64,000 nucleotides of DNA, taken from NCBI GenBank assembly GCA_964016885.1, contig OZ024746.1, positions 24,738,001-24,802,000 on the forward strand. The letters are read 5' to 3'. Shown one piece after another: positions 30,458-44,167 of the stretch. The DNA comes from Eledone cirrhosa. Taxonomy: Eukaryota. Position numbers and translations under genes: made by a program. Within the stretch, counting starts at the first letter, position 1, and the number at the start of each line of letters is the position of its first letter. The notes under the pieces were generated by a model. It searched no databases, was not told where the DNA came from, and saw only the letters and a list, made by a program, of their open reading frames with translations.

Positions 30458-30540
30458 CAAAATCCAAAACGTGAAGATCTGAATGATCATAGAGATCCGT
30501 ATCATTTTCTTCATTAATTTCATTTTGTGGATTGGTTGGG
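30458..30540 (-). CDS. KLHDC3: KLHDC3 coding exon 8
   Basis: SPTNPQNEINEENDTDLYDHSDLHVLDF; AG/GT boundaries. Confidence 0.92.
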
Positions 30541-30894
30541 CTACAACATAGAAAAATGTTACTTTAATATATATACACACAATAAAGAAATATACAGAAA
30601 ATTACTTCAAAAATCTCCAAAATATTTGGTTAATATTCAGACGGCCAAACACTTATGAAAAGTTCAACAACACACACAAGTGTTTTAAGGCCATTTCCCT
30701 TCTAAAACAGGAGTTAGTCATGTAGGCCTCATGACAGATTTAATTATACTTATCATAGAGATCTTATTGGTGGAAACCCTTATTGGTGGAAACACAGTGA
30801 TATAGTGTACCAATTCTAAACCAGATAAACCTCAATGGCCTTTAATTTAGTAAAAACTAACATGAAGTATGGTTTATAAATTCTCCTTTTTTAG

Positions 30895-31040
30895 GTAGAC
30901 TTAATCCATCACCCAGTTTAAACACCACCACTTAGCCCTTGGTTGGTAGACTTAATCTGTCACCTAGTTTAACACTACCACCTGGCCTTAGGATGGTAGA
31001 CTTAATCCATCACCCAGTTTAACACTAGCACCTGACCCAT
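30895..31040. repeat. ~49-bp tandem repeat (3 units)
   Basis: ggtagacttaatccatcacccagtttaacaccaccacctggcc; the same family occurs at 35690-35860. Confidence 0.65.
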
Positions 31041-31479
31041 GGATGTTCTTATTGGCGTCCATTCTGTTGTAAGTATCTAAGCAAGGTCTCAAATGTGAGG
31101 GAACTTTCCTTCCTTCTTGACAGGGGTCCCAGTCATATTTTATTCTTACAGCTCCCACCTAGATGGGTTTAAATGGCCTCCTATGAGGTTTATCTCATAA
31201 GAGGTTTCTCAGGTGCTTTAATGATAGGGTCCCCAGTTCTATCATGTTGTTGCTATAGTTCACATTTATGTAAGTTTAGCTGGTCTCCTACAGGGTTATA
31301 ACTCATAGGTTTCTTTGGTGTTTTAATGATAGGAACTCCAGTCATATCATGCTGTTACAGCCCACACCTAGCTGGCCTCATACAAGGTATTTCATGAAAG
31401 AGTTCTCAGCTGTTTTAATGGGTGAGGCCCCAGTCCTATCATGTTGTAGATTATGTAGTTATTTACAAAAAATACTAAC

Positions 31480-31588
31480 CTTGTACCACCAAACAAAAAT
31501 ACTCTAGAGCCAATCACACAGCAACACTGTCTTCGGCGAGGACATGGCCCTTTACCTTTCACCTTTACCATGGTCCAATGATGATGTA
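31480..31588 (-). CDS. KLHDC3: KLHDC3 coding exon 7
   Basis: VHHHWTMVKVKGKGPCPRRRQCCCVIGSRVFLFGGT; AG/GT boundaries. Confidence 0.95.
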
Positions 31589-32717
31589 CTACAAAAGAAA
31601 ATATACAAGACATCTTAGTTTACCTTTAACTCTTAACACCCTGTAATGATTCAGCCAAAAATATCTATCATTCTAGCTCTCTAGGTCAACTTTTCCTTTC
31701 ATCCATTCAAGGTCAATAAGTATATATATGCATATATAGTACTAGTCAGTACTGGGGTTGATTCTTCCTCTGTGTCTCTCATTTCTTCTCTCTCTCACCC
31801 AGGAAGAAATCGGCTATGTTCTGACAGGGAGAAAGGATGGGCTCTGCCATGTTTAAATTACCCAAGTTACGACGGTGCCCCTACAACTTCATCAGGAATT
31901 ATGAGTCCATACATACACATACACACATACATACATCTAAAAACAGATTTGTTAATTTATTTATACCAATCCAGCTCTGGTTCTATGAAACAAAACCACT
32001 CATTTTAATGAGTTCCATTTTAAACTAATCTTTTAACATAATTTTACATACAAACCATATTTTCTTTCATTATTTTAGTAATGAAATTATAATTTTAGTA
32101 AATCCTTCAAAATTATTTATAAATTAATTGAAATAGAGGGTTAATTTAAATGTTTATAGAATCTTTACTAATGGACAGACTGTTGTGAAAAGTTACAGTA
32201 AACTAACAGTTAACGTGATAAAGTCAGTGCTATTTTGTACTTTCCAAGATTATCTTGCTAATGTGGTATTATGTGGTACAGGACATTAACAGTTAAACTA
32301 CATTCCCATTTTAATAACAACCGACTTTATACAACATTGGGCTCCTGCCAGAGGAAATCATCATCATTTTACGTTCACTTTCAATGGATAGGGTTGGATA
32401 GGTTGTTATAGACCAAGTCAATTCTGATTCAGAATTACTGAATTCTTAAACGTGTAGGAGAACCATCTCTTTCTCACTCATATCATACATTTTTTACATG
32501 GCTTTTGTGGCTCATCAGTGACTTTACAGAGTGTGTTGGATGCACTTTATTCAATAATTCAAATAGTGTATTTCATGAGAAATATAGACACAAAAAGGTT
32601 AAATTCCTTTTTAGTTGGTACTACACATCCAACCTTCATTTATAACCACTGAGAGTTAGTAGAATCTATTCTTCTGTCTATGATGCTTACAGGTCACAAA
32701 CTTTGCAAGGTTTTTTA

Positions 32718-33108
32718 AACCCATTTGATACCAAACTGCTCCTGGTTCTACGCTACAAAAGCTGTTTGTTTTAAATTTTTTATATCGACCTAAAAACATT
32801 TCATGATAATTTTCCAAAGAAAAGACTAAAGTGTTGATATTTATCTAAATACCTTCCATCATAATTTTACAAAGAAAGGACTAAAACATTCTATCATAAT
32901 TTTACAACGAAAAGGCTAATGTGTTTATATTTATCTAAAAACATTCCATCATAGCTTTAAATAAAAACTATTATTAAGTTATGTACCAAAAAACAAGCAT
33001 AATGAGAAAGTTAGTTATATTCTAAATCCTTCCAAATCCATGACTGTTTTCAAAATCATTTAAAGATTAGGGAGTATCTTGTTAGAAATATGGTAACAAA
33101 AGGGTTAA
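32718..33108. mobile_element. piggyBac-like MITE family member
   Basis: Ends (t)aaCCC...aaaGGGTTAA. Related copies at ~37743-38182, 39213-39560, 38403-38555, 48040-48195, 53683 and 59150. Confidence 0.5.
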
Positions 33109-34794
33109 ATATTCAAAATGTTCTCTGCCTTGAAAAGAAATTAACAGTATTACAGGGTGTTGTGTTTTTTGGCAGTCATCCAGCAGCAGCAGCTGCACAA
33201 TACCTGCAACACCTTAGATGTGCAGATTAGCTGCTGCACAACCACTAACATGATATCAACTTTCCAAACTTCTAACAACAGTTTTATGCTTTTTGCTAAC
33301 TTGCTAAAACTGCAGCTAGTCTAATTTCTGTTAAATATTTACAATTACACACACAAACATAAACACACACACACATGTAAACATATACACATGGAAACAA
33401 ACATATGGAAACATACAAACATGAAAACACACACAGACATGTAAGCATATACACATGTACACACACACGGAAACATAAGTACACACACACGGAAACATAA
33501 GTACACACAGATGGAAACACATGAACATATATACACCCACACAAAATACATATAAACACACATGTACACAAACGGAAACACACAGACACACACCTACATG
33601 TACAAACACACATGTAAGTATAAACACACTTAGACATGTACATACACACATACAAATATATGCTAATACACATATGCACACACAAAATCATAAGCACACT
33701 CAAACTGACATGCGCACTCATACACACAATTACATATAAACATACTGACACACACTCACATAGACAAATACATATAAACACATTGACACACATACACAGT
33801 ACATGTATTTTATTAACAGAAAATATTGAGAAGCTAAATTAGGGAGCAGACAACCTAGTGACCTTGCCCTTTGCTTTGAACAAAAAAAAAAACAACAAAG
33901 CTTACTGTTGCAAATATATATTCCAGTTTATACATCAACCCTGGAAACCTAGACTCTGTTTAAAACTCAATCAGTTTATATTATTCAGTTTCAAACCTAC
34001 ACAACAACACGTTTGCTGCAAATGTCTGGAATATATATAAAACACTCTTGGCATCATATATAACTCTCTTGATATATATATCATCATTGTTTAACGTCCA
34101 TTTTCCACACTAGCATGGGTTATATATATATATATATATTTATTTATTATAAGAACAGATTAAAGTTTAAGCAAAGAATCGCTGCTTTCACCCATAACGG
34201 GATCTTATATATATTTAAATTTATTATATACAGAAATTACTACTACAGGACTAGAACTGTTTCATTCGTATGAAATCATCATGAATGAAACAGTTCTAGT
34301 CCTGTAAAAGTCATTTCTATATATAATAAAGATACCAATGTATTGAGTACTTTTTTTTAACTGCAGTTACTCCCAACACAACTCAGGAACCTACTTATAT
34401 GTATATATAGTGGAAAATGAGGAAAATCCTTGGTATAGTAAGATATATTTTTTTAAAAAAAAGAAGAATGACTTCACTGGTGGTTGGAATGTTTTAATAA
34501 TCCAATATTTTTATAAAGCGACATTTTTGTCATTAGTCCTTGGTTGACCAGAGTAGTTAACAAGGACATAAAAGAACTAATAACAAAAATGTCTCATCAT
34601 AAAACATTGGATTATTAAAACATACCAACCACCAGTGAAGTCATTCTTCTCTTTTTTTAAGTATATATATACACTACACACACACATATATATATATTAT
34701 ATATATGTGTGTGTGTGAGAAAGTCAACAAGGAAAAACAGCATGGGAGTACAATGATGATATATATGATTTGATGCTTGATATAGTAGGAAAAG

Positions 34795-34832
34795 AGTCTT
34801 AACGTTTCGGATATTAGTCCTTCATCGGAATA
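34795..34832 (-). ncRNA. Hammerhead-like motif (U4C variant) in a KLHDC3 intron, sense to the gene
   Basis: Minus strand reads CCGAUGA-A-[GGA cuaaua UCC]-GAAACGUUA with a palindromic helix III. Confidence 0.5.
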
Positions 34833-34932
34833 AAGTATGAGAGATAGAATAGAAAAATAGATGAGATTAAGAAAAGAAACAGGAATTTGTTGTTTTTTTT
34901 CACAAGCGCATTTAGTCAAGCATACACACACA

Positions 34933-35044
<112 letters not shown>

Positions 35045-35072
35045 GATAGTGAATAAATGAATGCTTAGTTAC

Positions 35073-35159
35073 CTGGGTCAAACCTGAAGATATCACGGAA
35101 GTGCAAATGATGAAATCCATTGAAACCACCAAATACATATAAATAACCTTTGTAAACAA
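35073..35159 (-). CDS. KLHDC3: KLHDC3 coding exon 6
   Basis: FVYKGYLYVFGGFNGFHHLHFRDIFRFDP; AG/GT boundaries. Confidence 0.93.
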
Positions 35160-36137
35160 CTGAAAAATATACAAGTTGTTAATTGGAGGTGAGAACAGGT
35201 GAGAGTGAGGACAGAGAGAGAAGAGGAAGAGAGAGAAAGATAAGAGTGAGAGAGAGAAAAAGAAAAGGAAAGAATAAAAGAGAGCAAAAATATGAAGTGA
35301 GAGATTAAGAGAGAATGAAAGAGAGTGAGAGAAAGGAAGAGCAGGAGAGAATGAAAGAGAGAGAGTGGGAGGCTGAGTGAGAGAGGGAAAGAGAGAGGGA
35401 ATAATGTAGAACTTAGTATTTAGAAAGCAGTGAAGTGATTGACACAAAAAGAAAAAAATTACGGATAAAGAAAATTGTTTTTGAGAGGTGGTAAATTGAT
35501 TGAGCAGCAGTTAGAGCATAGGAGACAATATCACCAAGAACTTTACTGTTCATCATCTCAGGGTTGATTAAAATAAAATACCAATCAAGGGCAGAGTGGA
35601 TTGGTGGAATTACTCGAATGTCTGATACCTTGTGTTAGTTGTGCCTGCTCTTTGTGTTCTGAGTTTAAATCCTACTGTGGCCTACTTGGTTTAAGATCCA
35701 TCACCTGGTTTAAGGTCCTTGTCTGGCCCTTGTATGGTGGGTGGTAAACTTAAATTATCACCTGATTTAACACCACCACATGTCAATTGGGTAGTAGACT
35801 TAATCCTTGTCACCCAGTTTAACACCACCACCTGGCCCTTGTGTGGTAGACTTAATCCTTGGATGCCTTTAGCAGAGTTCACTCTGTTGCAAGTATTTGG
35901 ATCATGTCACAGGTTTGAGGATATCTTCCTCACACCTACTTAACCAGTATCACAGACCGTGAAAAAAAGAGGAGAGGGGGGGACACTGCCCTTCCCTCCC
36001 TGATGAAGCAGTATAAAACAGAACGGAGGAAAAAGAAGAGAAAGAACAAGAAGAAAGTAAAAAGAGGAGAAAGACAAGAAAGAACAAGGAAAGGAAGAAA
36101 GGATGGAAGGAAGGAGCCAAAATGTTTGATATCTCAC

Positions 36138-36351
36138 AAGCAGAATGACTTCGCCGTCCAATTGGGGCCACTCCACTAGTTTTAGTCTGGGTCCAAGTGT
36201 TGGTGACTGTATCAAACATCTGGATTTTATTACAGTAGATCTCACGATTAGAGAATGTCTCTCCAGAAACATCACTGCGACCACCAAACACATACATGAT
36301 GTTACCAATAGCTGTAGCTGAATGGAAATCTCTCCATATTGCTGGAATGCC
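36138..36351 (-). CDS. KLHDC3: KLHDC3 coding exon 5
   Basis: GIPAIWRDFHSATAIGNIMYVFGGRSD...EIYCNKI...GRRSHSA; AG/GT boundaries. Confidence 0.95.
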
Positions 36352-37457
36352 CTTCAATGATAATAATAATAATAATTTCATTATTCACTACAAAGGAAAG
36401 TGGCTGGGAAATCTTAATAATAATACTTCAATCAAAAAATTAAATATAAAGACTATAAGCAATATGAAATAAAGTGCCTTGCTCAATTACACAACACCCA
36501 ATCGATTGAACTCACAACCTTATGATTGTGAACCTAACCACTAAGTCACATGCCACCACTAAACTTCCTAAACTCATAATCACGAAAATTACAAAAAAAA
36601 AAAACACAACTATAAAAAATTCTGTATATATAAAGCTGGTTATGTTTACAACAGAATTCAACATGACAATACTTTTTTTTTATTCTTTTACTGTTTTCAG
36701 TCTTTAGAGTGTGGCCATGCTGGGGCACTGCCCTGAATGGATTTGGTCAATCATATTACCCCAGTAATTATTTTTTCAAGTGTGGTATTTAGTTTATCAA
36801 TTTCTCTTTTGTCAAACCACAATGTTTCTTGACACAAACACAGACGTAAACACACACAAGTACACACATATATATACGGCAGGCTTCTGCAGTTTCTGTT
36901 AACAAAATTCCACTCGAAGTGTTGGTTAATGCCAAAGCTACAGTAGAAATCATTTGCTTAAGGTGCCATGTAGCAGGAATGAACTAAGAAGTGCATGTAT
37001 GTGATGCAAACACTTTAACCACACAACCATTCCTGCACCATCGACGTCCATTTTATACAAAAACATATCATCATTCATCATCATCATTTCATTTTACGTC
37101 CACTTTTCCCTGCTTGCAAGGGTGGGACAGGAACTGATTCTGGCTTGATTTCTACAGCTGGATGCCCTTCCTAACACCAACCTCATTTACAGTGAGTGCT
37201 GGGTGCTTTTTTGCCGTGGAATGATAGGGACCCGTCCCTATCATCTCATTTCTACAGCTGAGTAAACTGGAGTAATGTGAAATAAAGTGCCTTGCTCAAG
37301 GAAACAACACATCACCCGATCTGAGAATTGAACTCACAACCTTTCGATTGCAAGGCCAATGCTCTAACCACTAAGCCATGTGCCTCCATATGGTAAAAAT
37401 TATGAATTTACAATGTCTGGAACAAGAGAATATGTTAATTTAGGGAAGAAAACTTAC

Positions 37458-37529
37458 TTTTATTTTTATATGTTGCCAAGTATATGTAGCGAAGTCCAAA
37501 GCTTGCACTTGGTTGGAAAATCGATCAAC
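37458..37529 (-). CDS. KLHDC3: KLHDC3 coding exon 4
   Basis: VDRFSNQVQALDFATYTWQHIKIK; cag/gtaagt boundaries, phase 0-0. Confidence 0.92.
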
Positions 37530-39654
37530 CTGCATGATAAAAAGCAACATAAAACTGTATATTGAAGAATACACAGGTGTTATTAAATTTAATTAAAGAG
37601 GACAGACTGTATTGAAGATATCCAACAAATGGAGGAGAGTAAATGGAAAGTTTGAATATTTAAAAAAACAGATTTCCTTGTATTTTGTAGGGTCATTCTG
37701 CCAATAGAAATAACAATACACATTGGTTACGTTTCATCTTTATTAACCCTTTCATGACCCTATTTCTAATGAAATACTCTATTTCAATTAATTAATGAAG
37801 AATTTTAAGGAATTTTCTAAGATTAATAATTATTAAAATCGTTAATTTTCTAAATAATTTAAGGAACTTAACATATGGTTCTCATAAAATTATCTTGGAA
37901 GATTTTAATACGGATCGAAACCCTTTAAAATGGGTGATTTGTTTCATAGAATTAGAGCAGATTTTGGCCTGATCAGATACAAACTATGCAGTGTGGAAAT
38001 GCCTGACAAAATGGAGATATTTAAGGGATGGGGCCATTGTGTGTGACTGCAGCACACGCAGACATGGCAGAGTTTAATGTGAAAGGACAGCAATGTGTTC
38101 AGCTGTGGCGGAATCACATCTAGCCAAACTTTGTAGCCAACACTATTGTGGACACGATAAGAAGAAGTATTAAAAGGGTTAACTAATCCCTTAAGAATAA
38201 ATTAATTTGTCTGGATTTTCACCACAAATTCAGTGACTTTTTCAATTGAATTCTTCCTTGCAACTAACACCAAATGTAATACCAAATCTTCTCTCTTACT
38301 TTTACCTAACCCAGTTCATTGGCTGTGGCCATACTGGATCCACTAAAGTCAAGTGGTTACAGTGGAGAATCAAAATTCTTATTTAAATTTTTTATCTATT
38401 GTTTAACCCTTTTAAATTGGTGTTTGAAACGTAACTTAAAGGTTCTTACATAAAATTAAGATGGAAAGAGGGTAGATAAATATAAACCACTTAAAACAAA
38501 CAATTTTATATCCTAAAATTAGGGGCAATTACAGGCAGGTTGGTATCAAAAGTGTTGTTCTTTTGCAAAATATTTTACTCCTTAACATTTTAATTGATAA
38601 TTTCCTATTTTGCTGACCCAGTTATGTAAACTTATAAACAAAGGCATTCCAGCACATTATATCTAGGATTGCACTGTCTAATGTGCCCTTCCTTTTTCAT
38701 GATAGTAAAGAGTGATTTAAAGGAGATGTTTCTGTTAGTAAGTCTAGTGACTAGGTGCAGACTCCAAGTTAAAATGAAATGAAATAATTTACAGTTTACA
38801 CTAATGTAGATTTAGTTGGCCTCCTACAAATTTGTATCTCATAGGAGGTTTCTTGGGTGTTGGAGCCAAGTTCTATGAAAAGCAACATGAAATGAAGTGT
38901 CTTGTTCAAAAACACAACACACTGCCTGGTCCTGGAATTGAACTCACAACCTTAAGATCATATGTCCAACACCCTAACCACTAGATTGATAAGTCCTAAT
39001 AATGCTAGTTTTCACTGGACATAAAATATGTCCCTTGTTCAAGAACACAATGATTCACTGGGAATTGAGCCCACAACCTAATGAATGTGAGTTGAACACC
39101 CTAACCACTAACCCAAGTCCCTTCACAATTGACCAAGAAAACTAGATTCTTCAGCTATAGTAAAGGCTGGTTACTTCAACCAAACTACAGTCTAAAAAAA
39201 CAGCCAATTTAATTAATCCTTTTGTGACCATATTTCTAATGAAATACACTCTATTTCAATTAATTAATATTTTGAGGGATTTACTAAAATTATTTATTTC
39301 ATGGTGTTTGGAACATAACAAAAGTTCTTACATAAAATTATGATGGAAATTATTTTTAGATAAATATAAACACTTTAAAATATGTAGCTTTATAATGTAG
39401 AATTAGAGAGTGGTTTCAGGTAGTTTGGTATCAAAATGATTAATAAAGAAAGGTTCTTATATAAAATTATGATGGAAATGATTTTTAGATAAATATAAAC
39501 ACTTTAAAATAAAGAGCTTAGAATGACAGAACTAGGGATGGCTTGGTATTAAAGGGTTAATGATTACTGCCATAGTTGTTTTGTTTCTATATGTCAGTAG
39601 AATCCTTAAGGCTTTATTTTCCCCTTTCTTTATTTTCCCCTTTCTTTAACTTAC

Positions 39655-39770
39655 CGCTTCTTCGTAACCTCCAAATATGTACATTTTATTATTTATGACA
39701 CAGGCAGAGTGACCGTCTCTGGCACCAGGTTTTATACCGTGAACTGTAGGACGTGACCATGTGAACATAT
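39655..39770 (-). CDS. KLHDC3: KLHDC3 coding exon 3
   Basis: MFTWSRPTVHGIKPGARDGHSACVINNKMYIFGGYEEA; AG/gtaagt boundaries. Confidence 0.95.
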
Positions 39771-41119
39771 CTAAAGTTGAACAGAAGATACAAAACATAA
39801 ACAATCACATCATTTTTTTTTACTGTTTAGTCAAGGAGGGAAGGGCTAATATTTTGTTCATTTCTAATTTAAATTATCACAAATCATTAGAATGAATAAA
39901 TAAAAAAAAGGACCTAACGTAAACTGTTAAGATCACAAATTATCAAAAGGGACATACAAGTGTTTTAAAGCTATTTTCTTGGCTACAACTGGAGTTAACC
40001 TTGCTGGCCCCATGGCATTCATTATATAGTTCATCATGGGGTCCTTTTTGAGACTGTTTTATGACCAGATACCCTTCTTGACACTAACCCCTTTAGTTAC
40101 CACTTACGACATGTAAGGAGATGATGTTTCTATTCTAAATAGGATACACACAGTAAACTCTTTATGCATTATGATATACAGTATAGAGTTATGATATTAA
40201 ATTTATAATTTTCCCCAAAAAATTGTTAATTTTTAATTTAAATTATTATGAGTCATTTAACTAAACAAAAAAAAAACAACCTAAATTCTTAAGATCACAG
40301 ATCAGCAATGAGAAAGTCAGATGACAGACGATCAAAAGAAAGATACAAGTTTTCTTCCCTGCTAAAGTAGGGTTAGCTCTGTGGACCTCATCACAGACTT
40401 CATACTCATCTCATCATGGGGTCCTTTTTAAGGTAATGTTTTATAGCAGGATGCCTTTCCTGGCACCAATCCCACTCCCACCAATCATTTTAGTTGCCTC
40501 TTTCAATATGTTGGGATACAGTGTACCTATTCTAAAAACCAGATACACATGGAGAAGTCAAAAGGAATATATGTGATATAAATCACAGTAAAATAATTGA
40601 ATACAGATTAAATGACATGATTCATTATTTTAACCTATGGGGTAGTTGTTGTAAAAGAAACAAATTGGTTTATTTTAACTATATAGAGAGGGGAGGGCAG
40701 TATTCATGGGCCTTTCCAAGATCTGAAACTGGTGGTTGGGAGGGAGTAAGATGTTCCTAAACTAGACAGCTGGCCTGAATAATAGCAACATAGTAGATTC
40801 TGTTAAAGACACTCAAAGGCCTAATAGTGGTGTTAATCCAAGCTATGGATTAAGTCTACCCACTAAGTAAGTAGAATGTCAACTGTGTCCCAAAAAACCT
40901 GCCAAGGCTAAGGGCACAGCCCATTCCTCCAGAACAAAACAATAAAAACAAAGTCATACACAATACATACATACATTCCCTCTATACAATTTATAGATGT
41001 ATCCAATCTCCAATTTAAGGTTTATAGTTAAGTTGAAAAGTTAAAATATTTCTAGGGCCGAGAAGTCCATCAGGCTTCAAGCACCCTAAACCTTTTTATA
41101 CAGCTGTCATATCTATACA

Positions 41120-41660
41120 CACGACGTGTCAATACCACTGCAATCTCCAGCACATTGCATCTGACCTCTCTTATGCCTAGTTTCTCTCTCAGTTCATGTG
41201 TGCTACTGCTACACATCCATCAGTGAGTGGAAGCTTCATTTCTTTCCAATCTTCACAGATCTTCTGCACACAGCACCCAGGTCTAACTTCCATGCAGCAT
41301 TGCTGTTCATACACAAGCATCATACAATTTGCCTAGCATCTACTGTGCTTTCAGAACACCCACCTCCACTGTTAATTTGGTCATCCAGGTACCAGAAGCT
41401 ATCAACTACTTCTACAGAGCCCTCTGAGCATTCAGAGGCACTTGTTTCCTGTGAGCTCTTGCTGCATCAGCCACATAAAAAACCTACATTCTTTGCTAGC
41501 CTGCCTGAGATCCCACTCCATCTTGTATACCTATAGTTTACATTTGTGAAATAGGATGAAATTTCTACCCACTCCTTTCATGTACACGGAGCAAAGCCAT
41601 TTCCTTAAAGGGATCAAAGCCTTGTTTTCCTTTCTACTTATGAAGACTTTTGGACTGGAA
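41120..41660 (-). mobile_element. Degenerate RTE LINE fragment
   Basis: Resembles 60600-61090 (gaacacccacctcc..aggtaccagaagctatc; gccatttcc..atcaaag..ttgttttcctttctact). Confidence 0.6.
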
Positions 41661-42039
41661 AAAGTTACTAAATGTTTATAAGCACAGCTTAAACATTCAC
41701 ATTATAATTATATTCATTATATTATACATACAGTGGTAATTAATTAAATATTGAAGATGTTACTGATAAAATAACTAGACAGAAAACCAACAGGATTTGA
41801 ACAGCAATATGTCTTTATTTTTTATAGAAATGACTTCTACAGGACTAAAACTGTTTCCTTCCCAAAAATTCATCAGGAATGTCCACTTCCCTGATAATTT
41901 CTTATGAATGAAACAGTTCTAGTCCTATAGAAATAATTTCTATATAAAAAAAGTAAAGATGCATATACTCTACTAAAACATTGAGTACATTTTTTTAACT
42001 GTAGTCACCTCCCAATATACAGCTGGAATCCACCTATAT

Positions 42040-42420
42040 ATCATCATCATCATTTTACGTCCGCTTTTCCCTGCTTGCAAGGGTGGGACGGGTCTTATTC
42101 AGCACAGCATCTCTCCACTCGTCACGGTCCTTCGTCATCTCCACCGTGAGCTTCAATGATCTGAGGTCTGTTCTCACCACCTCCGCCCATGTTTTTCGTG
42201 GTCTACCTCTACCACGTCTTCCTTCAACTGGCATTTCCTGGCACTTCTTCAACCATCGGTCATCCTCCATGCGCATCACATGTCCATACCACCTCAGTCT
42301 CCTCTCCCGTACACTACATTCTATCCCTCTCAGACAGTTTCTCTCTCAACACATTTATGCTGGGTCGTTCACGCACATTTACACTGCACATCCAACGGAG
42401 TATGCTTGCCTCATTTCTCT
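42040..42420 (-). mobile_element. RTE LINE 3' end, 5'-truncated, with (ATG)n tail
   Basis: Near-identical to 60205-60600; MRMEDDRWLKKC..GRGRPRKTW..DRDEWR. Confidence 0.9.
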
Positions 42421-42937
42421 ATATATATAATTATTTATTACATCAACAATATATGCTTTCATTAACTATACACACACAAACATACACAAAATTTGAAAAG
42501 TATGCATCCCAACACAAATGACCATAATAATAGTTGATCACTATAAATAATAGTTGAGAAAATTAGGTAAAGTATCCCGGGAGATAAAAACTATTATTAT
42601 AATGACCGACTTATTATAATTATTTGCATTGGGGTCCGCACATCTCAAATTTTTACAAATCTTAAGTCTCGCATTTTGTGTCTCTTACACTGACATATTC
42701 ATTTATTATGGCTAAGTAGTGTGTCTTGTTACTCTGGAGTTTCCTTTGCACACTTGCAGGATCATCAGATGATTCTGTGAGTGTGCAGATGAAACTCCTG
42801 AGTAACAAGGCTCACTACTTAACCATGATAAATGAATATTTAAACTCTACTTCGGTATTATTGAGTACTCTTTTCCCTCACCCGCCAACTACATATATAT
42901 ATATATAACACAAATATAGGCCATAAAACATACTTAC

Positions 42938-43111
42938 TTGTATCAAAACAATATAGGATGTTACATGCTCCATCTTTATCATTTCGGCCGCCCCATATAA
43001 AGACATAATCCCCAAGGGCCACAGCTGTGTGTCCATAACGTTGGTAGGGGACATGGATGTACTGACTATCAAGAGGGGTCGGAACAGGGAGCCGCTTCCA
43101 ACGTAATGAGA
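42938..43111 (-). CDS. KLHDC3: KLHDC3 coding exon 2
   Basis: VSLRWKRLPVP..VPYQRYGHTAVALGDYVFIWGGRNDKDGACNILYCFDT; cag/gtaagt boundaries. Confidence 0.95.
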
Positions 43112-43269
43112 CTGAAAAATAAATTTTTTTTAAACAGTTTTCACCTTTAAGTTGACTTTCTGTATATCTTTTAGTAATATGTGTTTTTCGCCTTCTTTTT
43201 ATGTCTCTTTTTTCTCGTCAGTATTATGAAGATATATATTAGTTTAATGCTTGATAATGTACATGTACT

Positions 43270-43312
<43 letters not shown>

Positions 43313-44167
43313 TCAATACGTAGGTATAAATGTGTGTACATAATATATATAGGCATATACACACATATTCATACACACGTCTATGTATATCATCATCATC
43401 TGTTTTCCATGCACACACTCTCATGACAGCAGCCTCTGCCACCCAAGAGGGAAATGAATGTCACAGATGCCACCACTACCTGGAGTGTTACCAGTATTTC
43501 TTGTAGTGCAAATATGTGGTGACAGCAGCGAACCAGGGGTCCCAGGAGTGACATTTGTCGATTGAACTGAAATGGCTTGATGGAGGGTTGGCTCTGCCAT
43601 ACAGCTCACATTCTGGTATAGTTTCTATGGCTAGATGCCATTCCTAACACCAATCACATCATAGTTTATGTATAAATATAATATATATGTATACACACAC
43701 ATTGTTTTTTCAGCAATAGTATACAATGGACTACATGAATCTATGTTATTCAACTGTTGGGCGTGGTTTGAAGGAGCTTAGGTTGTTATTTCTAGCAGGT
43801 TAGACACTTAGCAATATATTTAACCCTAGGCCAGTCCTGATAGAGCAAACCTGTGATATGATGTTCTAGTCGTGACCATTCCACATTTTAGTATATCAGG
43901 GCCAACACGTAGACATCTTTATTTTAACAGATAGTGAGAAAGATTTAGCTGCTATTTCAAGCCGGTCGAACTTGACTGTTTAGAAGCTCGCTCGTTAGCA
44001 AGTGTCATGTAGTAAGTAGTGATATGTACTTAGAGTGAGGCATACACGCAATATAAATAAAATATATAGTAATGAATATAAAATATTCTCCCAAAAGAAA
44101 GAATAAGGGATATTACAAAAGGTCAGGGACAAAAACAGATAATTTTAGAACTTTAGTAGGATTCTAC

